NCBI RefSeq assembly: GCF_001194135.2
Contig: NC_068984.1
Coordinates: 132,667,080-132,699,330, forward strand
DNA length: 32,251 nucleotides
Origin: Octopus bimaculoides
Taxonomy: Eukaryota
Direction of reading: 5' to 3'
Shown in pieces: positions 1 through 9,342 of the stretch (position 1 is its first letter; each line of letters begins with the position of its first letter). The position numbers and the translations under genes were made by a program. The notes beneath the pieces are model-generated. The model did no database searches. It saw nothing but the letters and a program-made list of their open reading frames with translations, and was not told the origin of the DNA.

Positions 1-321
1 GGCTAAATAAACCTGTCGCCTAGCCTCCCTTCTGGCACATTGGTACAATTCCCTGCTACCACCGTTCTTCCAGTCCTTCCAAGCCTGTTTCTTTTGTCTA
101 ATAGCCCTGTCTACCTCCTTGTTCCACCACCACGTTACTCTGGGTCAGGAGGGGACCTTACACCACCCACAAATCTGGTCGGTGGCTTTCAACAGGTTGT
201 CCCGCAGAAATCTCCAATTGTCTTCCACGTTGTATGATGCTATATCCCCTTCTATTTCGTTAAATGCTTCAAGTAACTTGTCTCTAAGTCTCTGTCCGTT
301 TGCAGGGTCTTTAAGCTTCCA
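1..321 (-). mobile_element. RTE-clade non-LTR retrotransposon fragment (endonuclease-RT linker), pseudogenised; runs off the window's left edge
   Basis: Minus frame reads WKLKDPANGQRLRDKLLEAFNEIEG...WRFLRDNLLKATDQICGWCKVPS*PRVTWWWNKEVDRAIRQKKQAWKDWKNGGSRELYQCARREARRQVYLA. The WWWNxEVxxAIxxKKxAW motif is typical of RTE ORF2. One in-frame TGA at 145-147. Confidence 0.85.
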
Positions 322-584
322 GGGTCTTTATATATGGTGCATGTTAATGTGTCAAAAATAAACACAAAGATGAGGTAAGAGATAAAGACAAAGCTGGTAT
401 TTCTTTGATGCTTAGAAAATGGGAAAGAAAAAGAAGGAAATGCTTTTAATGTTTAGAGTATTCAGAAAAATAGGAGAGAGAGAGAGAAACAGACAGACAG
501 ACATATGGATACTATATACATCTATACTTACACTTATCTGTGTGATTGTGCATACACCTGTGTACGTGTATGTGTGTGTGTATG

Positions 585-588
<4 letters not shown>

Positions 589-617
<29 letters not shown>
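589..617. repeat. (TA)n microsatellite, preceded by (TG)n/(TATG)n
   Basis: Direct read. Confidence 0.95.
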
Positions 618-624
<7 letters not shown>

Positions 625-800
625 CTACTGGTTATGACCAGTCAGTGTCTGATGAGTTGCCTGTATTGCTAAGAGCAATAACAAACATGGAACATGAAAC
701 CAATGGTAGCTTTCTGACTGGCCACAACCAACAACTACATAATATATTACTGCTCAAAAAATTTCCTAGTGTGTGCTTTTTTTTCAGAAAAAACTGACCT

Positions 801-930
801 TAAGGGTATCGTGAAAGGCCTTTTACGGGGCTTAGAAAAACTAAAATACCACTGCAATAAGTGTATGAATCAGAGAGGGGAATATTTTGAATAAAATCAT
901 AATTAACCAATCCTCCTGTATTTTCATTTA
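801..930 (+). mobile_element. Mariner-derived non-autonomous element, partial
   Basis: Encodes GLEKLKYHCNKCMNQRGEYFE* (stop ends at 894), matching the mariner transposase C-terminus. Homologous to the TIR-bounded element at 28126-28324. Confidence 0.75.
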
Positions 931-933
931 TAC

Positions 934-1104
934 AGACAGGCAGACTTCTTTCAGTTTCCATGTACCAAATCTACTCACAATGCTTTAGCTGGCCCAGAAC
1001 TATAGTAGAATTCAATTCACTAGTCTGAGGTACCCTGTAGTGGAACTGAACCCAAAACCATGTGTTTGGGAAGCAAGCCTCATAACCATACAGCCAAACC
1101 TGCA
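934..1104 (-). mobile_element. tRNA-derived SINE family A, 5' part
   Basis: Degenerate reverse complement of the family A head (cf. 13336-13500). Confidence 0.8.
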
Positions 1105-1106
1105 GC

Positions 1107-1207
1107 TTGGCAGAATTGACATGGCAATTACCAGCAATTCTGTTTCACGATGTTCAGAAAACTAAAATACAACATACAATTACTCATTGATTGTATGCAA
1201 AGGTTAC
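1107..1207 (+). repeat. Direct duplicate of promoter segment 2509-2617
   Basis: 56/61 identity over the first 61 nt. Similarity continues to GCAAAGGT(T/A)AC. Confidence 0.9.
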
Positions 1208-1676
1208 TTAGTAACCAACTTCTAAAACACACAAAGAAATGAAAGCCTTATCTATGACATTTGACCATCTTGAAGAAAAAAGGAGAAAAAGAAGTACACT
1301 TTGGATAATGTAGTTATTTGGTCATAGGTGTTTGAGCTGGGCTGACTTGAAGCTGATCTAGTCACTCACACACACACATACATAAACACATATACACAAT
1401 TACACATGATACTGAATATAGAATAATGTTTATAACTATAACTATAAGGGAACATTATTATGTAACCAATTTCGAAAAATTGAGGATATCAGAGTAGCCA
1501 TCTACAGTGTATTTTAAAATTAGTTTGAAAGTGGAACTCTGTATATATATTTCAAGTTTCACATACTACATTACAAAATTTGCTACTGTCCAGATACCAA
1601 GGGAAGAGAATTGTTGGAATTTAATACGTTAGGTAGTATAGAACTCAATACACAGGTTAGAGTGGATATATATTCA

Positions 1677-1798
1677 TTATATCAAAGTTGATAGTTTTCA
1701 CTGAGATTCACTCGTAGCTGGGCTTTTCACAACTGTTCCCAATCAGGAACAGCCAAGCTGAAGGTGAAACTCAGAGAAGACTATCAACTTTGATGTAA
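1677..1798. repeat. Long imperfect inverted repeat (fold-back or MITE-like)
   Basis: ATCAAAGTTGATAG (1681-1694) is the perfect reverse complement of CTATCAACTTTGAT (1781-1794). Pairing continues inward for about 50 bp with mismatches and one bulge. Confidence 0.85.
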
Positions 1799-2020
1799 TA
1801 TATAGGTTTGGTGATACAAACGGGAAAAAATAGTCGCTATGCTTGGTCGCTAAATCCACAAGTTTCTTTTTTATTCTCTCTCTGTTTATTTTCTTTTATT
1901 CCTTTCTGTTGAAGAGCGTAGGCTTGAAACGTAAAAGACTTTCTCACTTTCCCGAGTGTGAAACTAATACACCTGCTTGTTGTTCATATAGCTGTCTTCA
2001 TCTTTTAGATCCTAAATTTC

Positions 2021-2023
<3 letters not shown>

Positions 2024-2059
<36 letters not shown>
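2024..2059. repeat. (TA)n microsatellite
   Basis: Direct read. Confidence 0.95.
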
Positions 2060-2063
<4 letters not shown>

Positions 2064-2084
2064 GGATTTATTAAAAAATTAAAA

Positions 2085-2162
2085 AAGTCCTGGGGTCGAT
2101 TTGTTCGACTAAAGCGGTGCTCCAGCATGGCCGCAGTCAAATGACTGAAACAAATAAAAGAA
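2085..2162 (+). mobile_element. SINE family A, 3' tail fragment
   Basis: AAGTCCTGGGGTCGATTTGTTCGACTAAAGCGGTGCTCCAGCATGGCCGCAGTCAAATGACTGAAACA matches the family A tail. Confidence 0.85.
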
Positions 2163-2182
2163 AAGAATGTGTATATATAGAT

Positions 2183-2271
2183 AGTTACAGAGTGACTCAA
2201 TGGCCGAAAGTTTTGTCCATTGACGTTTGAAAAGTGTCCAAAACTGTCGGCCCTTGAGTCATTCAGTAACT
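2183..2271. repeat. 89-bp inverted repeat; possible Tc1/mariner-type mini-MITE
   Basis: Arms 2184-2215 and 2239-2270 match 28/32, with a 23-nt loop. Core is flanked by TA on each side. Confidence 0.8.
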
Positions 2272-2478
2272 TCTGCCGATTAACAATAATAAATATAAAT
2301 ATATATATACCCACTGGCAATATAATTTATAAAGACTGCAATCATATACAACAGCCACCAAGAAACATTTGCCAACTGTCTTATCCTGATGGTTAATCCA
2401 CCTTATTATGGGGTACCACAGGGCCAGCCACTCTCACTCACTCACTCTATCTGTCTCTCTCTTTCTTTCCCCCACCTG

Positions 2479-2640
2479 TGACGTCATATCAGCTCAACTG
2501 ATGTGTGGTTGGCAGAACTGACGTGGCAATTACCAGCAACTCTGTTTCACGTCGTTCAGAAAACTAAAAATACAACACACATTTTTCTTACTCATTTGAC
2601 TGTGTGGCAAAGGTAACCTGGCTATAAACTCGTCACTTCC
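2479..2640 (+). promoter_or_regulatory. ARF proximal promoter motif cluster: CRE, CREB3/CrebA-type site, ETS-CRE-like composite
   Basis: TGACGTCA at 2479-2486, TGACGTGGCA at 2519-2528, CACGTC at 2548-2553, CGTCACTTCC at 2631-2640. All lie 325-490 bp upstream of the ATG in a CpG-retaining zone. Confidence 0.6.
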
Positions 2641-2964
2641 AGGTACAGAGATATATATATATATTCTTATATATATGTATATATGCTCAGATGCTTTTGA
2701 AATATAAAAACAAAATATTGAGTACGTAAGGGAGTAACCAAAAAAGCTTCTGTTTCCTTTGCTGCTGCACCTAAAGATCGTTTCTGTTTATATTTCTATT
2801 CAGTCTAGTGACTGATTTTGTTTTCTTTCATTTCGCTATCACCTGGAACAGTTCTAATTAAAAAGGAAGTGATTGATAATAATAATAGCGACTAATACTC
2901 AGTGTACTTTCCATTCAAAGTTGAGGAATATTTACTTAAGAAAACAGCAAACTGAATAAGAAAT

Positions 2965-3031
2965 ATGGGGCTAACCATCTCTAGCCTTTTCCAACGTATG
3001 TTTGGTAAAAGCCAAATGAGAATTCTTATGG
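2965..3031 (+). CDS. ARF4: ARF class II coding exon 1 (MGLTISSLFQRMFGKSQMRILM + G)
   Basis: ATG with Gly2 myristoylation site and amphipathic N-terminal helix. Donor G|GTAAGT, phase 1. Confidence 0.95.
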
Positions 3032-3187
3032 GTAAGTCTTCGAGAAAATCACATTATATTTCTGTCTATCTTGTTATATAGTTTAACAGTAAAGTTTAAG
3101 TATGTATGGTGCTAAACACCGATTTTTTTCCCTCTTCCTTTGTGATGTTTTTAACCTAAAATAACAGCACACTCTCTCTGCCTGTCC

Positions 3188-3197
3188 AACATGGCGG
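3188..3197 (+). promoter_or_regulatory. YY1-type motif in intron 1
   Basis: AACATGGCGG matches AANATGGCG, 157 bp after the exon 1 donor. Confidence 0.4.
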
Positions 3198-3733
3198 TAT
3201 TTAGCAGCTGTCGTAGGAACACTTGGTAAAAATGGAGCGATTAAACATGATATTCTGTCAAAAAACCTACCAGAAATATTTCAGGCTGTTTATTTAACAC
3301 TGCCATGGTATTCTTGTACCTTTCATCAGCTTTAAAAATTATATCCATCGATGCAAATCTCCCTCTGTCTCTCTCCATATATATTATATATAACCTAAGA
3401 ATGTATGTATGTATGTATATCATTTAGTCTGAGTTTTGTCAAATCAAATAATGTGTATTATCTTCAGATTTACTTTTTAGTAATACTATTAGAAACTCTA
3501 GTTTTATTCTTATAAGATATATAATACAATTTGAAAATTCAAAGCGTATATTTTGCAATTTGCTTGACATAATTTGATTTGTCAACTGTTGAATAAATTC
3601 CATCTGCCTTTTCCCCCACCTCCCTTATAATTTTTAATTTTATATTTCTTCGTTTTCTTCTAAGTCGAGTCAGCGAATCTTCAATTCGTTCATATATTAA
3701 GCACAGTATGCTTTACTATTATTATATCAGTAT

Positions 3734-3895
3734 TATTTCGCCCGTCGCTACGTTCTGAGTTCAAATCCCGCCGTGGTCGACTTTACCTTTCATCAATTCG
3801 GGGTCGATAAAATAAGTACCAGTCGAACACTGGGGGTCGATGTAATCGACTCGTCCTCACCTCCACCAAGCTGCCCTTGTGGCAAAAATTTGAAA
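3734..3895 (+). mobile_element. SINE family B, 5'-truncated (central domain resembles Nin/Deu type, from memory)
   Basis: GTTCTGAGTTCAAATCCCGCC...CTTTCATC..TTCGGGGTCGATAAAATAAGTACCAG...GGGGTCGATGTAATCGAC. Homologous to 9747-9958 and 17838-18050. Confidence 0.85.
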
Positions 3896-4941
3896 TATTT
3901 GTATTAGTATTATTACACCCACCACACTAGACAGGTGTAATAGTAATTGTTACACCCATTTCACGGAGCTGGTCTAGTCGTACAAATTTACCGCAAAAAG
4001 ACCCAAAATTTTATGGGGACAAAAATGTAAAACCAAAAAATATATATATACTAAATTTTGGGGACAAAAAATTCGCCAGAAACAACCAACCACCCAATTT
4101 CTTGCCGTTTTATCAACTCCATGAGGTAATGAAAGCTAAGTCCGTCTCTCGTTTGGCGGCGGGTGTCAATTTCATTATATTCAAGTTTATTTCATTTCAT
4201 TATATTCACATATTCTCTTAGTTATGACTTTCGGAAATAACTAACATAAGATCTTAATAAATTGCACTTACATAATATACATTTTGCAAATAGATACATA
4301 AATTTTAATAAAGGACAAATCGGTTTCATTTAATGAAACAGACAGTCAAATGAAAATTTTGTCTAGCTTTTGATATGACTGTCTTGTGTTTTCGCTTTTA
4401 TTTATTTATCGGCGACTGAATGGTTCAGAATTTCTGAAATATTTTTTTATTATACCAAGTTAACGTTTGAAATTTCGGTCTTTAAGAATCAAAAATCTGA
4501 TTGAAATATTTTAACTACACAGATGAATATCTAGTTTGCTTTCCGCTGTAACTACCATGCGGGTTTTTAGAACTTGGCACTTGTGTATCATGCACGAAAC
4601 TCTCGGCCCTTGAGCTACTGTTTTAATTTTCTTATCGATTAAAAATTTAAAATGTGACAACGAGACTCGAGTTCTTGCAGGAAATACACGAACTTCACAA
4701 TTTCCTATTCCTTTTTCCTTTGTAAAATCTTGATTATATCTATGTAAGGAATCGATAATACAGATACACAGATGGACGGTACATAAGTTACATTAACCCC
4801 TGCTTCATGTTGCTATTGACTGACTCACTCTTATTTGTGAACATACCCACATCTATCTATCTATACATATGATCTTGATTTTATTAAGTTTGTGTGCATA
4901 TTTATATGTATGTATGCATACACATATATATATATTTATTT

Positions 4942-5047
4942 ATCTTTTACTTATTCCAGTCTTAAGACAGCGGCCATGCTGGGACACCACCTTGAATTTT
5001 AGTTGAACGAATCGATCTCATACTTATCTTTTAAAAGCTCGGTACTT
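4942..5047 (-). mobile_element. SINE family A, tail fragment
   Basis: Degenerate reverse complement of the family A tail. Confidence 0.7.
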
Positions 5048-5733
5048 AAACACACACACACGTGTGCGTGTGTGTATAATCTTCAAACATTTAATTGGCG
5101 AAAATAGTTAAAAAGAAATTTAATGGTTAATGTATCGTTTGTCCACTCTTACATTATTTGTTTTAAAGACACATTGACCCTATTAACTCGCTGACGCCAA
5201 GATTATATATATAGCTCTGATGTGTATGCCTATTCAAGTTCATTAAGATCTATTCTAATTATATGCTGTTAAACAAGAATAACCTGTTCGATTCTCAACA
5301 CCAGTGCACTGTTAACATTTTCATTTCGCCAAGCATCAATTAGTTTTGGGAAATTCTAGCTTTTGGTTTTCGTTTGTTTTAAAATTTCATGGCTATCAGT
5401 TTTGACAAGTGAGAGTATGCTTGTCTAATTTTTAAAATATCTACTACGAAGTTTTTATCTTATATTGAAATTGAGTTCTAAAGTTAATGTTTTAAGATAC
5501 CTTTTGTTGGTATTCAGTCTTCATTGTAAACAAAGGTTAGAAACATTTGCAGTTGGCAACAGTTTCTTTGATGTCCTGTCTTCCTAAAAAATCGCTGACT
5601 ATTCAGTTACCCAGCGGTGAGGTACTTTGTAGTTCATGGATTAGCAACGTGGTTAGTAAAATGTTGTAGGTGAGTGCTCAATGTTTCAATATACATCAAT
5701 AATCCCAAAACCATAAATGCGTAGATTTTGTTT

Positions 5734-6102
5734 TGTGGTAAGTAGCTTGCTTACCAACGACATGGTTCTGGGTTCAGTCCCACTGCGTGGCACCTTGGGC
5801 AAGTGCCTTCTACTATAGCCTCGAGCCGACCAAAGCCTTGTGAGTGGATTTGGTAGACGGAAACTGAAAGAAGCCCGTCGTATGTATGTATGTATGCGTA
5901 TATCTTTGTGTGTCTGTGTCACCCCAACATCGTTTGACAACCGATGGTGGTGTGTTTACGTCCCCGTAACTTAGCGGTGCGGCAAAAGAAACCGATAGAA
6001 TAAGTACTAGGCTTACAAAGAATAAGTCCTGGCGTCGATTTGCTCGATTAAAGGCGGTGCCCCAGCATGGCCGCAGTCAAGTGACTGAAACAAGTAAAAG
6101 AG
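5734..6102 (+). mobile_element. SINE family A, near full length
   Basis: Head TGTGGTAAGTAGCTTGC...GGTTCAGTCCCACTG, internal (TATG)n, tail ...GACTGAAACAAGTAAAAGAG. Confidence 0.95.
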
Positions 6103-6590
6103 TATATATTGATAAGCAATAAGCGGCTCGTAAGTGTTTCATGTGTCAAATTGATATTGAGCAGATATTGTTCAGTGTTACGGTTTGGAAATTAATCCTG
6201 AATTCACAGTGTTGTATTTCTAAATTGATGATTTCGTTTACATATTGAGCTGTAGTCTAGTAGAAATAGCAGAAGGCCGAAGGTAATACGTTTGTATTTA
6301 GTAGCGTCCCTTTGTCCTGAGTCAACGTTTGCTATTCATCCTAAATATTTGTTAATTAGTCACTGAGGATTGATTCATACAACTATACCACTTGTCCAAC
6401 TAATTTGTGGCATTGTGTCAACATTGGTAACTTTTTAAAAATACTCTTGAATAATTGTCAACATTGAAATGTAAACCTAATAATAAAATATTGTATTTCA
6501 GTTACGGTTGAATAGATAAGACCCTGCTAGGTTTTAAGTATGGTTTGAACCCACTTCAACCACTTTAAAGGGAACCTGCTCCCTGTTTTT

Positions 6591-6795
6591 TCTCTTTTAC
6601 TTGTTTCAGTCATTTGACTGTGGCCATGCTGGAGCACCGCCTTTAGTCGAGCAAATCGACCCCAGGACTTATTCTTTTTGGAAGCCTAGTACTTATTCTA
6701 TCTGTCTATTTTGCCGAACCGCTAGGTTACGGGGACCTAAACACACCATCATCGGTTCATAAGCAAGCTACTTACCACACAGCCACTCCAATGCA
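6591..6795 (-). mobile_element. SINE family A with a large internal deletion
   Basis: Head joined directly to tail at AACC (plus-strand GGTT 6754-6757). Confidence 0.9.
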
Positions 6796-7454
6796 ACTCT
6801 TAAACAGAATTTCATCAGCTGATTTCATCATTGCAGCTGATTTGAATATTTTTAATATTAATCTGCACATTAGAATTTTGTTTTGGTCGAATGTATTTTC
6901 CAGGAAAACGACTGGCATTTTGCCGTCCCATATTGACTGAATGACTAAGATTAGTTCACTGTTATTATGGATGACAGTATTGAATGAAATATGTACGAAA
7001 TACCTTGCAGTATTTGGTTTCATCCATTTACATTGTGAAAATTCAACCAAGGTTCCCTCTGCCTTCATCCCTCCTGCACCACCATTATTTTTAATTAAGT
7101 GGAATAAATGCCTGTCAGCATTTAGTTAACTTTAATACTTTTGAGCTAAAATTCCATTGACTTGGATTGAACAAAATCTTAGAAATTCTTATTAAGTTCT
7201 AGGTGGCAAAATTGGTAGAACTGGTAAGACATCTTACTGGTATTGAAGGGCCTGCACTGATCATGGCCACAGCCCCTCCCCCAGGTCAAACCAATACAAA
7301 CAAAACTGGACAAAATGTCTAATTTTTGTTCAATTTCTTTGTATTTTGAGGTGAAATCTTGTTAAAATCATTTGTATCTTTCAGTAAAAGAAGTACTAGT
7401 ATTTAACTGGAGGTCAATTCAGTCAACTAACTTCCTCCTTTATAACTGTTGTTA

Positions 7455-7570
7455 CTAGGATGGTGGATGGCAAAAATGTAAGAGCACTGGACAAAATGTC
7501 TTGTGCTATTTAGTTGTAGGTCTTCATGTTCTGACTTCAAACCTCTGAGATCAGTCCTGCTTCCTTTTCC
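7455..7570 (+). mobile_element. SINE family B, degenerate 5' part
   Basis: Weak match to the family B head (..GGCAAAAATGTAAGAGCAC..CATGTTCTGACTTCAAA..). Confidence 0.5.
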
Positions 7571-7629
7571 ATCCTCTTGATAAAATTTATAGCTTTGTGC
7601 CAGTGTCAGAAATTTCTTTTTATTATTAG

Positions 7630-7830
7630 AGGGGATTGCCACATAAAAAGCACTGGTTCTAGTGTTACAAAGAGCACGCAGTACACTCTGCTGGCATTAG
7701 GAAGGACCTTCGTCAGTAGAAACCATGCGAAAACAATAGAACTTGTGTGTGTCCGTCTCACCACCACTTTACCAGCTCTTGTCAAACTGTCCAACCCATG
7801 CCAGCATGGAAAACAGATGTTAGTTGTCTC
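7630..7830 (+). mobile_element. Retroelement family C (RTE-like 3' tail), partial
   Basis: ..CATTAGGAAGG..GTCAAACTGTCCAACCCATGCCAGCATGGAAAACAGATGTTA. Confidence 0.75.
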
Positions 7831-8301
7831 TTTTTAAATGAACTTTGAAATCTTGTCAGGATCAGCTTTGCTTGTGAGTTAATAGACATTCTGGGACTAA
7901 TACCAATAAGTACCAGAAATGTAATGGAGTGAACTCAGAGAACTTACAGTATCCTGTCCCTTCAAATGTGTAGCCTTCTGCTGAAGTTAGAAATTATTTT
8001 TAGTTCTGCTTTGTTGCTGAATATTGGATATTTGGTATCTATCAATATCCATCCATGAAACTTTTAACTAATGTCACTTCTAAAGTCAAAACAGCTTCTA
8101 CCAGAACACGAAGAAATTGTGAGAGGTCGCAACAATATCATTAGTTGATTTCACCAATTCTCTACATTGACTGAAAATCAATAAGTAGACAGAAATCAAT
8201 GATAATTCACAGCTGAGGGCTTACATTTGTTGGCATTTAATAATGGCCTAAAACGGAAGGCTGTAGAATATACTATAGAATCAAATTTTAGAAACTTAAA
8301 C

Positions 8302-8453
8302 GGCTGTGTGGTAAGTAGCTTTGCTTACGAACCACATGGATCCGGGTTCAGTCCCACTGCGTGGCACCTTGGGCAAGTGTCTTGTACTATAGCCTCGGGC
8401 TGACCAAAGCCTTTTGAGTGGATTTGGTAGACGGAAACTGAAAGAAGCCCGTC

Positions 8454-8489
<36 letters not shown>

Positions 8490-8690
8490 ATGTGTGTGTC
8501 TGTGTTTGTCCCCACCCCCAACATTGCTTGACAACCAATGCTGGTTTGTTTACGTCCCCCCCGTAACTTAGCAGTTCAGCAAAAAAGACTGATAGAATAA
8601 GTACTAGGCTTACAAAAGAATAAGTCCTGGGGTTGATTTGCTCGACTAAAGGCGGTGCTCCAGCATGGTCACAGTCAAATGCTTGAAACA
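8302..8690 (+). mobile_element. SINE family A, full length
   Basis: Head, (TA)n/(TG)n spacer and tail all present. Confidence 0.95.
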
Positions 8691-9342
8691 CTGAAGATCT
8701 CTTAAAACACTGTTACTTTTTTAAAAAATTTATCAAACTAGGATTTTACCAACACAATCCACTATCATTAATTTCTTTGGATTCTAATCATTTAAGTCTA
8801 TCAATTAGATGATGGTTTTAATGATAATAAAACCTTTTTTTTCTTTAGATATTCTTCTGACAAAAAATTTACATTTTTTTAATTCTAGTTGACTCTTTTC
8901 AAATTTTCAATAAGAATTAGGTATCGCTTCACTTTAAAAAGAAAAGAAAAAAATGTTAATTAGAGAATTGGTTAATTATTTATACACTAAAAAGAATAAT
9001 AATTATCAATTAGAATAAAAAAGATCTCTGAAACAATATATGAAAACAAACATTGGGATTATTAATGGGAAATACTTAATTATCCAATGTGGCAAGTATT
9101 GAGTTTGATAGAAAAGTATTTAATCTTAATTCAATGGTTACTTTAGAACATCTGTTACTATTTATTGACTTAACACTTTCCTTAGATAGCGTTGGTTTTC
9201 TTCTTTTTCATTCTCTCTTTCTCCCCCACCTCTCTCTCTCACTCACTCACTCACACATATTTATGGTACTTTGATTTTATGGTAAAGTGGAGCTGGCGAA
9301 TGTGGTTAAAATTGTTAATCCTTAGTTATATGTGTGTGTATA

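Noticed and set aside
2623-2628. TATAAA as a TATA box
   Set aside because: Common hexamer in AT-rich DNA. It probably lies inside or just after the inferred 5'-UTR exon, so its role is unresolved.
5553-5669. Plus-strand exon candidates (acceptors 5552 and 5606, donor TAG|GTGAGT at 5669)
   Set aside because: Translations are unrecognisable. Splicing from ARF exon 1 to 5553 gives an immediate stop. No coherent nested gene could be assembled.
5686-5940. Recurrent ORFs with RLPNPLTRLW/RRHLPKV-like peptides (also 9500, 17245, 19889)
   Set aside because: Translations of the same SINE family A, not a protein family
6772-7126. Longest non-repeat minus-strand ORF (98 aa from ATG, about 118 open codons)
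   Set aside because: No recognisable domain, weak acceptor, and the 3' end runs into a SINE. By a rough estimate about one ORF of this length is expected by chance in 64 kb of AT-rich sequence.
8110-8250. Minus-strand 54-nt GTAAG...TTTTCAG mini-intron with short flanking frames
   Set aside because: Joined peptides are short and unrecognisable, and no upstream exons were found
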